NCBI GenBank assembly: GCA_963806875.1
Contig: CAWDYU010000001.1
Coordinates: 928,402 to 992,401 of the forward strand
Direction of reading: 5' to 3'
DNA from: an uncultured Gemmatimonadales bacterium
GTDB lineage: Bacteria > Gemmatimonadota > Gemmatimonadetes > Gemmatimonadales > GWC2-71-9
Length of the DNA stretch: 64,000 bases
Shown here piece by piece: positions 19,392 to 28,804 of this stretch (its first letter is position 1; every line of letters begins with the position of its first letter). The translations under genes were made by a program, and so were the position numbers. The notes under the pieces are model-generated. The model did no database searches. It had not been told where the DNA came from and worked only from the letters and a program-made list of their open reading frames with translations.

Positions 19392-20207
19392 TGCGGGCAC
19401 GCAAGCAACTCGGCCAGCACTTCCTCACCGATCGCAACCTCCTCGCGCGAATCGCCGACGCCACCGGCGCGACCACGGGCGACGTCGTGCTCGAGATCGG
19501 GCCGGGGCAGGGCTCCCTGACCGAGGCGTTGCTCGACACCGGCGCCACTGTCGTGGCGATCGAGCGCGATGAACGGATGACAGCGGCACTCACCCGCAAG
19601 TTCGCCGGGAGGGATTTCGCTCTCATCGCAGGCGACGCCCTCGAGTTTTCGTGGGCTGACCTCGTGGCACCGTGGACCAGCACAAGGCATGCCCTGGCGA
19701 GTGGCCGGCAACATCCCTTACTACATCACATCGCCGTTGCTCGATGCGGCGCTGTCGCCGCCACTTCCATCCAGCGTCACCTTCCTGGTGCAGAAGGAAG
19801 TCGCCGATCGCGTGATCGCCCCCGCCGGCCATGATGACTATGGTGCGCTGTCGATCGGGATCCAGGCCGTGGCCGTGCCGACGCGCGAGTTCCTCATCCC
19901 GGCGGGCGCATTCCGGCCACCCCCGCGCGTCGACAGTGCGGTGCTGCATCTCGTGCCCCGCGAACAACCGATGGTCGAGCCGGCTCGCATTGCGCCGCTT
20001 CGCCAACTCGTGACGTCACTCTTCTCCTATCGTCGCAAGCAGATGCATCGTGCGCTGCGCGCAGCGCTCGGAGTCGATGGCGCAACGTCCACCGAACTCC
20101 TCCTGGCGGCCTCGCTCGACGCCACAGTGCGGCCAGAAGTGATTCCCGTCGAGGGGTTCATCCGCCTGCTCGCCGCTGTCGAGCGACTTCAAGGGTTGAA
20201 AGGTTGA
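19391..20207 (+). pseudogene. rsmA: 16S rRNA (adenine1518/1519-N6)-dimethyltransferase RsmA/KsgA, one frame break as written
   Basis: 'LGQHFLTD' and 'VLEIGPGQGSLTEAL' in frame 2. 'VAGNIPYYITSPLL...FRPPPRVDSAVLHL' in frame 0. Junction near 19685. Confidence 0.85.
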
Positions 20208-20254
20208 AAGGTTGAAGGGTTGAAGGGTTGAAGGGTTGAAGGGTTGAAGGGGTG
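20191..20254. repeat. 8-bp tandem repeat (AAGGGTTG/AAAGGTTG), 8 units
   Basis: Read directly. The array starts inside the last six codons of rsmA, and the rsmA stop TGA 20205-20207 is part of unit 2. Confidence 0.95.
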
Positions 20255-20298
20255 ATTGTTCATTCCGTGGCCGGCAACTGTCCCACCAGGAGCTTGTG

Positions 20299-21378
20299 AT
20301 GAAGCAGCCCGAGGTGCGCAAGCGCGACGAATACGTCCCGCTCACCCGTGAACAGTTTCGCGAGCGGTTCATGGCCCGATTCTACGACCCGGCGTTCGAG
20401 GACGTCGCGGATGAGCTGGAACGGGTGTTCGAGAAGGCCTGGGACGGCTACATCGAGTATCGGAAGTCGCCGCGGAAGCAACCGGCGGGAGAAGGCTTTG
20501 CCGACTCCGCGTTCGAACTCCCGGTGGAGTGGATGGCGACGCGAGATGCGATAATCGCGGCCGAAGAGCGCCACCGGGACCCCGGCGCGCCATCGCGGAT
20601 CCTCGTGGTGAACGGATCGACCCGGAGCGAGCACACCTGTCCGGGCGAGATCTCCAAGACGCGACGCCTGGCCGAGGCAGCGCAGGCGATGATCGAATCG
20701 GTCGACGGATTCGAGGTGGATTTTCTCGACCTCTCGACCCTTGCGGACGAACCATGGAAAGTGATTCATCCGTGCAAGGCATGCGTGTCCACCACCATGC
20801 CGCTCTGTCACTGGCCCTGCTCGTGCTATCCCAACCACGCCCTCGGACAGACCAACGACTGGATGGCCGAGATCTACCCGCGCTGGGCCGCTGCGCATGG
20901 CGTCATGGTGCTCTGCCCGGTGCATTGGTATCAGGCGCCCGCAAGCCTCAAGCTCATGATCGACCGTCTCGTCTGCGCCGATGGTGGCAACGCCGACCCC
21001 ACCACCACCTGCGGCAAGGATCCGGCAAAGGCCAAGGCGCTGGAACTGGCTGGATGGGAGTATCCGAAGCACCTCGCGGGGCGAGGCTTTGCCGTCGTCA
21101 CTCATGGTGATGCATCGGGGCCGGAGACGCTCCGCCGATTGATTGCCGAGTGGCTGACCGACATCGGGATGATCCAGGCCGGGGCGCAGTCGGTGGTCGA
21201 CACCTGGATCGGCTACTACAAGCCGTACGCAACCAGTCATGAGGATCTCGACGCCAGCCCCGAAACCTTCGCGCTCGCAGAAGCGGCTGCTGCTTCGCTC
21301 GTTGGCCTCGTCAAGCAGCTGCGCAGTGGCAGTTACCGCCGCCCGGATGAGCACGTCGAGCCTCCGCGCGAAAAATGA
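20299..21378 (+). CDS. flavodoxin-like / NADPH-dependent FMN reductase family protein (iron-sulfur flavoprotein-like)
   Basis: 'ILVVNGSTRSEHTCPGEISKTRRL', Cys-rich 'HPCKACVSTTMPLCHWPCSCYPN' and 'VMVLCPVHWYQAPASLKLMIDRL'. AGGAG lies 6-7 nt before ATG 20299. Confidence 0.7.
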   Translation: MKQPEVRKRDEYVPLTREQFRERFMARFYDPAFEDVADELERVFEKAWDGYIEYRKSPRKQPAGEGFADSAFELPVEWMATRDAIIAAEERHRDPGAPSRILVVNGSTRSEHTCPGEISKTRRLAEAAQAMIESVDGFEVDFLDLSTLADEPWKVIHPCKACVSTTMPLCHWPCSCYPNHALGQTNDWMAEIYPRWAAAHGVMVLCPVHWYQAPASLKLMIDRLVCADGGNADPTTTCGKDPAKAKALELAGWEYPKHLAGRGFAVVTHGDASGPETLRRLIAEWLTDIGMIQAGAQSVVDTWIGYYKPYATSHEDLDASPETFALAEAAAASLVGLVKQLRSGSYRRPDEHVEPPREK

Positions 21379-21403
21379 TCACCTCGACGTGGCGGGTGAC
21401 CCG

Positions 21404-22084
21404 ATGAGCAACGACCTGGATCAGCCTGGATTCATCCCTCTCTCCTCATACCGTGAGTATCCCCCGGAGGAGATGGACAGCACGCAGCCGGGAGTTTGCC
21501 GCGCTGATGCAACGGCGTCGGACCATTCGGCAGTTCAGCGACCGGCCAGTCGCGGAATCGGTCATCGCGGCGTGCGTGGAGGCCGCCGGTACGGCGCCGA
21601 GCGGCGCGCACCAGCAGCCGTGGCATTTCGTGGTGATCAGTGACGCCGGGGATCAAGCGGGCGATACGCGCCGCCGCGGAGGAAGCGGAGGCGGAGTTCT
21701 ATGCGTCGGCGCCTGCCGAATGGCTGGCCGTCCTCGAGCCGCTCGGGACCGACAGTCACAAGCCGTATCTCGAGACCGCGCCGTACCTCATTGCGGTCTT
21801 TGCGGAGCGATACGGAATCAAGCCCGACGGGGCCCGCCAGACACACTATTACGTCTCGGAGTCCGTCGGGATCGCCACGGGGTTCCTGCTGGCGGCGTTG
21901 CATCACGCCGGGTTGGCGACGCTCACCCACACCCCCAACCCGATGGCCTTCCTCTCGGCGATCCTCGGGCGACCGGCAAACGAAAGGGCGGTGATGCTGG
22001 TGGTGGTCGGGCTACCCGGCGGCAGACGCGCGGGTGCCGGATCTCGCCAGGAAACCGCTGTCCGAGATCGCCACGTTCCGCTGA
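21404..22084 (+). pseudogene. nitroreductase family protein (iodotyrosine-deiodinase-like subgroup), 3 frame breaks as written
   Basis: 'YREYPPEEM' in frame 2. 'ARSREFAALMQRRRTIRQFSDRPV...[17 protein letters not shown]' in frame 0. '[17 protein letters not shown]...[30 protein letters not shown]' in frame 1. '[20 protein letters not shown]' in frame 2. Junctions near 21476, 21650 (GGGG run) and 22020. Confidence 0.75.
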
Positions 22085-23026
22085 TCAGGTGGCGTCGAGA
22101 AACGCCACCCAGAAATGCTCGAGCGGGTCGGTCCATAGACACGCCACCTCGAATCCAGCGTTGCGCACCAGTGCGTCGAGCATCGGCCGATCGTACTTGT
22201 AGGACGATTCGGTCCAGATCGTCTCGCCGGCGTCGAAGTGCACCGCTTCTCCTGCCACCTCGACGTCCTGGCTGCTCAGTGACTCGAGGTGCATCTCGAT
22301 TCGCGACTCGTCGCTGTTCCAGAAGGCCCGGTGACGAAACTGGTCGAGGTCGAACGTTGGCCGCGAGCTCACGATTGAGGCGGGTAAGCAGGTTGAGGTT
22401 GAAACGCGCCGTGATGCCGTCAGGATCGTTGTACGCCGCCTCGAGCGTGCCCTGTCCTTCACGCGGTCGACGCCCAGAAGCATCGCGCCGTCACCCCCGA
22501 CCGTTGCGCGGACGCCCCTCAGGAACGCTGCTGCGCTCGACGGCTCGAAATTTCCGATCGTCGACCCGGGAAAGAATGCGACGTGACGACTTTCCCCCTC
22601 CATCTTGGGAAGGTCGAGCGGCCGGGTGTAGTCGGCCCTGACTGGATGGATGTCGATATCGGGGTAGTCAGCGCCGAGGGCGAGTGCCACCCGCCGCAGC
22701 TGTTCGCCCGCGATGTCGATCGGGACGTACGCGACCGGCGCCTCGAGCGCATCGAGCAACAGCCGGACCTTCGTGCCGGCGCCACTTCCGTACTCGATCA
22801 GCGCAATTCTCGGCCCGGCACGTTCTGCGATCTCGGGCGCCGCGTCCTGCAGGATGCCCAACTCCGTGCGCGTCGGGTAGTAGGCGTCGAGAACGGTGAT
22901 CTGCTCGAACAACCGGGCGCCCACGGCGTCGTAGAAATACTTGGGGCTGATCCGCTTCTGGTCCTCCCGCAAGCCCGCGAGCACTTCCTCGCGCATGCCC
23001 CGAACCGCGGAGTCCATGGTGCGCAC
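22085..23026 (-). pseudogene. egtD: L-histidine N-alpha-methyltransferase EgtD; ORF is open but an internal ~100-nt segment is out of frame
   Basis: 'ISPKYFYDAVGARLFEQITVLDAYYPTRTE...LIEYGSGAGTKVRLLL...[10 protein letters not shown]...[12 protein letters not shown]'. The family-typical '[32 protein letters not shown]' is only readable in another frame between about 22455 and 22355, implying compensating indels. Confidence 0.8.
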
Positions 23027-23059
23027 CGACTTCGCCGTGCGGTGCCTCGACCGGTGTCG

Positions 23060-24350
23060 TCATGCGCGCTCCGCGAGGCGAATGCCGGCGAACTGCCAGC
23101 GCGTGGGCGACGGAAAGAAGTTGCGATAGGTGAGGCGCGCGTGGGATTGCGGCGTGGCAACCGATGCACCCCGCAGCACCCACTGGTCGGCCATCCACTT
23201 TCCGTTGTATTCGCCGAGTGCCCCCGTGGCGGCCTGGTATCCCGGGTAGCCCACGTAGGGAGTTCCGGTCCACTGCCAGACGTCGCCGTACACTGGCTTG
23301 GCCCGCTCGACTCGGGGGCGGGGCGGGGATGCCCAGCGCGTGACTCGGCGAACGTGCCCGGCCACCGGCTGGTCGGCGGCCGCCACTTCCCACTCGGCCT
23401 CAGTCGGCAACGTCGCGCCTGCCCAGCGAGCGTACGCATCGGCCTCGTAAAAGCTGACGTGCACGACCGGCGACGCATCATCGACGGGCCGCTCGCCGCC
23501 GAGCGTGAATTCGATTCGATGGCCGTCCTTGCACGTCCCAGTACAGCGGCGCGGTCCACCGTTCAGCCTCGACCGTCGCGAATCCCGCCGAAAGCCAGAG
23601 TTCCGCTCGGCGATAACCACCGTCTTCAATGAACTCGAGATACTCCCCGTTCGTCACGAGCCGGTTGGCCAGGCGCGCGGGCTGGAGGTACACGCGGTGT
23701 CGTGGTGATTCGTTGTCGAACGCAAACCCGTCACCGGCGTGTCCGATCTCGTGCACTCCCTCGGCCACATCTCACCCAACCGTGCGCCGCCACGACTGCT
23801 GGTGTCGTCGGGGCAGGCAAACGGTACGCGGGGCGCAACGGGTTCATCCAGAGCACGTGCTTGATGTCGGTGAACATCAGTTCCTGGTGCTGCTGCTCGT
23901 GATGGGTTCCGAGTTCGATGAGCGTCGATGCGGGATGCTCGGGTCGTCGCCGATCGACTCGAGAAGATCCTGCACCGCCTCATCGACGTGGCGGCGGTAC
24001 TCCAGCACCTGGGACAGCGTCGGCCGTGTCGCCAGGCCGCGTTGAGCGCGGCAGTGCCGTTCGCCCGCCTGCACGTAGTACGAATTGAACAGGAACGCAT
24101 AGCGGGAATCGGGCGACTGGTATCCCGGAGCATGCTCGGCGAGCACGAACGTCTCGAAGAACCAGCTCGTGTGCGCCAGGTGCCACTTCGTCGGGCTCAC
24201 GTCGGGCATCGAGCTGACGACGCAGTCCTCGATCTCCAGCGGTTCGACCAGCGTGGTCGACCACCGCCGTACCTGGCGGAAGCGCTCGGCAAGCGGCGTG
24301 GCGCGCATGGACACCAGGTCAGGAAGGACAGCGGATGGGATCATGGTCAT
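23060..24350 (-). pseudogene. egtB: ergothioneine biosynthesis sulfoxide synthase EgtB (DinB-like plus FGE-sulfatase domains), at least 5 frame breaks as written
   Basis: Pieces in different frames: 'SPTKWHLAHTSWFFETF...YYVQAGERH', '[24 protein letters not shown]', '[23 protein letters not shown]...VTNGEYLEFIEDGGY', 'VVHVSFYEADAYARWAGATLPTEAEWE' and 'VYGDVWQWTGTPY...GEYNGKWMADQWVLRGASVATP...TYRNFFPSPTRWQFAGIRLA'. Junctions near 23932, 23772 and 23535, with two more likely at about 23357 and 23300. Confidence 0.8.
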
Positions 24351-24580
24351 TTGCTTTGGTGGACGGGTGGATGGTCGGCAGTCACACATGCGGACATCAG
24401 GGCCCCCGAGTTGACGGGCTGGTCGACAGGTGGTGGAGACCAAACATACGACCCGGATCGCCGAGCGGTTCCCTCGTGGGCTGCCCGGCGGGCGCGGGTT
24501 ATCATCCACCCAACGGCATCAAGTGGGGTCTCGTGGTTGCAGGCGCGCCAGCATGACATGGGTCGACGTGTCCGATCAGA

Positions 24581-25055
24581 ATGCAGCCACACTACGGATA
24601 CGATCGGGTGGCACCCGTGGGTCGTGCGTTCGCGGCCGCCTTCACACCGGACCTGACCCCGCGCGAGATGCTCCGTCTGGGGGTGTTCGGCGGAAAGTAC
24701 ATGACCGATTGCCGGGACGAGTTTCCGGCCAGTTGGTTCACCCGGGCGCGTCTGAGTCCCGAGGGTCCTGACGCTGCGGTCAATTGTTTCGGTGTGCTCG
24801 CTTCCCAGCCGCTTGCCGAGTGGCGGCGCAAGGGCTGGATCCATGAGGACGACCCCCGTGGGTGGTTCCAGTGGTACTGCCGGTACTACATGGGGCGCCG
24901 AGGTCCCGACGACGCGCGTCAGGTCGGGCGGTGGCGAGCCATGCGACGACACGTTGCCCAGCTGCAGCAGGCGTGCGAGGCCGGGCGATGTCGATTGCCG
25001 CCCACGACAGCGCCAGGCGCTGCTGCAGTGGGCGTACGATTCACGACGTCTCTAG
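24581..25055 (+). pseudogene. conserved hypothetical protein, one frame break as written
   Basis: 'LGVFGGKYMTDCRDEFPASWF...WFQWYCRYYMGRRGPDDARQVGRWRAM' in frame 2. The likely C-terminus 'DVDCRPRQRQALLQWAYDSRRL*' is in frame 0. Junction near 24985. I recall this as a conserved family without a name. Confidence 0.45.
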
Positions 25056-25106
25056 CGGGTCGCGCGCCGGCGCCCCCTGCGATGATTTCCGCGCTGCAAC
25101 AGGAGC

Positions 25107-25688
25107 ATGCCCGTGAACACCACCCGCCTCGAGGCTTTCAGCGATGGCGTGCTCGCCATCATCATCACGATCATGGTGCTCGAGATGAAGGTGCCACACG
25201 GGACGGATCTGGGTGCACTGCTTCCGCTGCTTCCCGTGTTCCTGAGCTACGTGCTCAGCTTTGTGTACATCGGCATCTACTGGAACAATCACCACCACAT
25301 GCTGCACGCGGCCCAGCGAGTCAGTGGAGGAGTGCTGTGGGCCAACCTGCACCTGCTCTTCTGGCTCTCGCTGATCCCGTTCACGACCGGTTGGATGGGC
25401 GAGAACCACTTCGCCCCCGTGCCTACCGCGCTGTACGGAGTGGTCCTGCTGATGGCAGCGATTGCCTACATGATCCTGCAGCGGGCGATTCTCGCGGTCG
25501 AGGGTCCCGACTCTTTCCTCCGGGTGGCACTGCGAAATGATCTCAAGGGCATGATCTCGCCGGTGTTGTACCTGGCAGCGATCCCGCTTGCCCTCGTACA
25601 GCCTGCGATCGCTGGCGCCATCTACGTCGCCGTGGCACTCGCATGGCTGGTACCTGATCGGCGAATCGAGCGTGGGGCGGCAGCGTGA
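25107..25688 (+). CDS. TMEM175-family potassium channel (DUF1211)
   Basis: Signature first helix 'RLEAFSDGVLAIIITIMVLE' (RxxxFSD) and about six hydrophobic helices. Confidence 0.85.
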   Translation: MPVNTTRLEAFSDGVLAIIITIMVLEMKVPHGTDLGALLPLLPVFLSYVLSFVYIGIYWNNHHHMLHAAQRVSGGVLWANLHLLFWLSLIPFTTGWMGENHFAPVPTALYGVVLLMAAIAYMILQRAILAVEGPDSFLRVALRNDLKGMISPVLYLAAIPLALVQPAIAGAIYVAVALAWLVPDRRIERGAAA

Positions 25689-26647
25689 CAGGCATCGCTG
25701 CCAGTGTGGTCCGGGTTGCCGTGGTGCAAGCCGAGGTACCGCCGTCGCTGGATGCGGCGCTGGCTGAAGTGGAGCGCCACGTGGAGTCGGCGGTGTCGGC
25801 GGGGTGCACGTTGGTCGTGTTTGGCGAAACGTGGATTCCGGGCTATCCCGCGTGGCTCGACCACTGTCCGGGCGCCGCGCTGTGGGACCATGCCCCGACC
25901 AAGGCGGTGTTTGGTCGCCTCGCTGAGGCCAGCGTCGATGTGAGCGGCGCCGGCGGCGCCGCGTTGGCTCGGATCGCTGCCCGACATGCGGTGACCATTG
26001 TCATCGGAGTGGTCGAACGGGTGGGCGAGGGCCCCGGGCGCGGCACCCTCTACAACAGCCTGCTCACCTACGGTCCCGACGGCGCGCTGCTCAACCACCA
26101 CCGCAAGCTGGTTCCGACGTACACCGAGCGCCTGGTATGGGGTCCCGGAGATGCTTCCGGATTGCAGGCGGTGGACGCGGCCGGAGCGCGGGTGGGAGGG
26201 CTGGTCTGCTGGGAGCACTGGATGCCTCTCGCCCGTCAGGCGCTCCATGACTCTGGTGAGGATATTCATGTTGCCGCGTGGCCCACGGCCCACGAGATGC
26301 ACCAGATAGCCAGCCGGCAGTACGCGTTCGAGGGACGCTGCTTTGTGCTCGCTGCAGCCGGCCTGATGAGGGCGCGAGCGCTCCCGCCCGAGCTCGCGCG
26401 CACCGGCGCCGCGTGTGACGACGAATCGTGGGTCCTTCGCGGGGGAAGCGCGATCATCGCCCCCGATGGGGGATATCTGGTCGAGCCGATCTGGGACGCG
26501 CCGGCGCTGATCGTCGCCGATCTCCCGCTTCGGCGGGTGCGTGAGGGTCAACTGACGCTTGACGTATCCGGGCATTATCACCGCCCGGATTGCTTCGACT
26601 TTCAGGTGAATCGGACCGCCCGAAAGGGACCTGCCGGACACCGCTAG
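25685..26647 (+). CDS. nitrilase / carbon-nitrogen hydrolase family protein
   Basis: Catalytic-triad contexts 'VVFGETWIPGYP' (Glu), 'HHRKLVPT' (Lys) and 'LVCWEHWMP' (Cys). GTG 25685 overlaps the upstream TGA. Confidence 0.85.
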   Translation: MTGIAASVVRVAVVQAEVPPSLDAALAEVERHVESAVSAGCTLVVFGETWIPGYPAWLDHCPGAALWDHAPTKAVFGRLAEASVDVSGAGGAALARIAARHAVTIVIGVVERVGEGPGRGTLYNSLLTYGPDGALLNHHRKLVPTYTERLVWGPGDASGLQAVDAAGARVGGLVCWEHWMPLARQALHDSGEDIHVAAWPTAHEMHQIASRQYAFEGRCFVLAAAGLMRARALPPELARTGAACDDESWVLRGGSAIIAPDGGYLVEPIWDAPALIVADLPLRRVREGQLTLDVSGHYHRPDCFDFQVNRTARKGPAGHR

Positions 26648-26713
26648 CCGAAACACGGATCCGGACTTACACTGGGTCATCCCCAGCCCATCCCCCTCCT
26701 GTCGGGAGACCTG

Positions 26714-27076
26714 ATGCGTGTTCTCGCTCCGCGCGTGCATCGCATGCTCGACTTCGCCACCGTCGCCGCCTTCGCACTCGCGCCCTCACTGCTCGGCCTC
26801 ACCGGTGTCGCCGCAATGCTGGCATACGGGCTCGCGGTGGTCCATCTCGCCCTCACCCTGGCGACGAAGTTTCCGGGTGGCGCCGGGTTCGTGGCGCTCA
26901 CGATGCACGGGCTGATCGAAGTGGTCGTGGGGGTGGCGCTGGTCGTCGCTCCCCTGATCCTCGGGTGGAACGGCGCGGCGCGTTCCTTCTTCGTCGCAGC
27001 CGGGCTCGTGATCCTCGCCGTGTGGGCGTTGTCGGCGTACGCCGATTCCGACACGTTGCACCCTGTCGAAACATGA
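26714..27076 (+). CDS. small integral membrane protein (hypothetical)
   Basis: 120 aa with four hydrophobic segments. No recognisable motif. Confidence 0.45.
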   Translation: MRVLAPRVHRMLDFATVAAFALAPSLLGLTGVAAMLAYGLAVVHLALTLATKFPGGAGFVALTMHGLIEVVVGVALVVAPLILGWNGAARSFFVAAGLVILAVWALSAYADSDTLHPVET

Positions 27077-27101
27077 TGGCGTCCACCAAACCGGAGGGGT
27101 C

Positions 27102-27551
27102 ATGGGAAAGGTGATCGGGAGTGCGGTGACCGGGTATCTCGTCACGTTCGCGATGGTGTTCGTCCTGATGTCGCTCGCATGGTTTGTGGTTGGTGCCGAG
27201 GGCGCGTTCCATCCCGGCGTCTGGGATGTGTCGACAGTCTGGCTCGGGCTCATGCTCGCGGCCGCTCTGGTGGCAGCGATGGCCGGCGGCTATGTGACGT
27301 CGATGATGACGGCAGACCCGCGAGGGCCCCGGATCCTGATCGGCATCATCATCGTGCTCGGAATATTTTTCGCAATGCCGGTGTTGATGGACGATGGGAC
27401 GGTCGCATCGCTGCCGCGACCCGATACGCTGGGGATGTTCGACGCCATGACCAACGGCAAGCAGCCGACGTGGGTGGCACTGCTGAACCCGGTCCTCGGT
27501 GTGATTGGCGTGATCATCGGCGCGCGCCTGCACGGTCAGAGGCCGGCCTGA
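27102..27551 (+). CDS. integral membrane protein (hypothetical)
   Basis: 149 aa with four hydrophobic segments. Coding-like codon usage; no recognisable motif. Confidence 0.45.
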   Translation: MGKVIGSAVTGYLVTFAMVFVLMSLAWFVVGAEGAFHPGVWDVSTVWLGLMLAAALVAAMAGGYVTSMMTADPRGPRILIGIIIVLGIFFAMPVLMDDGTVASLPRPDTLGMFDAMTNGKQPTWVALLNPVLGVIGVIIGARLHGQRPA

Positions 27552-27667
27552 TCCGCCTCCCAGGGATCGGCCGAGTGAGCGTGCACCGTCGTGAATGTGA
27601 GGCGTCACCCACCACTGCTCCTCACTGGCGGGGCTGCACTCAGCATCATCGGAGGCACGCGCAGGCC

Positions 27668-28156
27668 ATGTCGGAATCCCAGATCGCCACATATCTGAAC
27701 GATCATCTCGCCGGCTCGGTGGCCGCGCTCGAGATCCTGCAGTATCTCCAGGAGATGCACGCCGGAACGGCGGAGGAACACTTCTACGCCGACATTCGCG
27801 ACAACGTCGAGCAGGACCAGCAGGACCTTGAACTCATCATGAAGCGCCTCGGCGTGGACATCAGCAGCACCCGAAAGGCAGGCGCGTGGCTGGCGAGCAA
27901 GCTCACCGAACTCAAGCTTGACCTCGACGATCGATCGGGTGGCGCGCTGCGGGTTCTCGAGGCGCTCGAGATGCTCACGATGGGCATTGGCGGCAAGCGG
28001 GCACTGTGGCTGGCGCTCGTCGAGTGGGGTGAGCGGTTCCCGGAACTTGACGACGTGGACTTCTTCCGTCTCGTGAGCCGCGCGGAAGAGCAGGGTGCTC
28101 GCGTTGAGCACGCCCGACTGCAGGCCGCCATGCTGGTGTTCAGTCCGGCTGAGTGA
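27668..28156 (+). CDS. hypothetical helical protein
   Basis: GGAGG lies upstream of ATG 27668. 162 aa, acidic and helical ('YLNDHLAGSVAALEILQYLQEMH...'). I cannot name the family. Confidence 0.5.
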   Translation: MSESQIATYLNDHLAGSVAALEILQYLQEMHAGTAEEHFYADIRDNVEQDQQDLELIMKRLGVDISSTRKAGAWLASKLTELKLDLDDRSGGALRVLEALEMLTMGIGGKRALWLALVEWGERFPELDDVDFFRLVSRAEEQGARVEHARLQAAMLVFSPAE

Positions 28157-28163
28157 CCACCCG

Positions 28164-28781
28164 GTGACGGACCGGGTTCGGGCGCAGTATGACGGAATGG
28201 CCCGGGGTTACGACGCCCGGTGGCAGGCATACATCGCGCGGAGCGTTGCGGCGACGCTGTCGCGGCTCGCACCACTCCCGGGAAACTCGGTGCTCGACGT
28301 TGGCGCAGGAACCGGCCTCCTTCTCGACGGCATCCGTTCCGCACGCCCGGGAGCACGCCTCGTGGGCGTCGATCTGTCAGCCAGGATGCTTGGCGTGGCG
28401 ACGGAACGGCTCGGCACGGCGCTACTGTCATCCGTGGGCGACGCCGCGGCGCTTCCGTTCCGCGAGGCGTCCTTCGATCTCGTCGTGTCATCAAGCTCGC
28501 TGCACTACTGGAACAGCCCGACGGCCGGGCTCCGCGATCTGGCCCGCGTCCTCAGGCCCGGCGGGTACATGGTGATCACCGACTGGTGCCACGACTATCT
28601 CGCGTGTCGCGTTCTTGATCGTGTCCTCCGGGTGACCGATCCGGCCCATCACAAGACGCTCGGGGCAAGCGAACTGCGGCAGGGGATCATCGATGCCGGT
28701 TGCAGCTGCGTCCTCCTCGAGCGCTACCGGATCACGTGGTTCTGGGGGTTGATGACGGCTGTGGGGCGGAAACCGGGCTGA
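28164..28781 (+). CDS. class I SAM-dependent methyltransferase
   Basis: Motif I 'VLDVGAGTGLL', 'DLVVSSSSLHYW' and 'LRPGGYMVITDW'. The GTG 28164 start is tentative. Confidence 0.8.
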   Translation: MTDRVRAQYDGMARGYDARWQAYIARSVAATLSRLAPLPGNSVLDVGAGTGLLLDGIRSARPGARLVGVDLSARMLGVATERLGTALLSSVGDAAALPFREASFDLVVSSSSLHYWNSPTAGLRDLARVLRPGGYMVITDWCHDYLACRVLDRVLRVTDPAHHKTLGASELRQGIIDAGCSCVLLERYRITWFWGLMTAVGRKPG

Positions 28782-28804
28782 TTCACGCCTGCGGTTGCGT
28801 CGCA

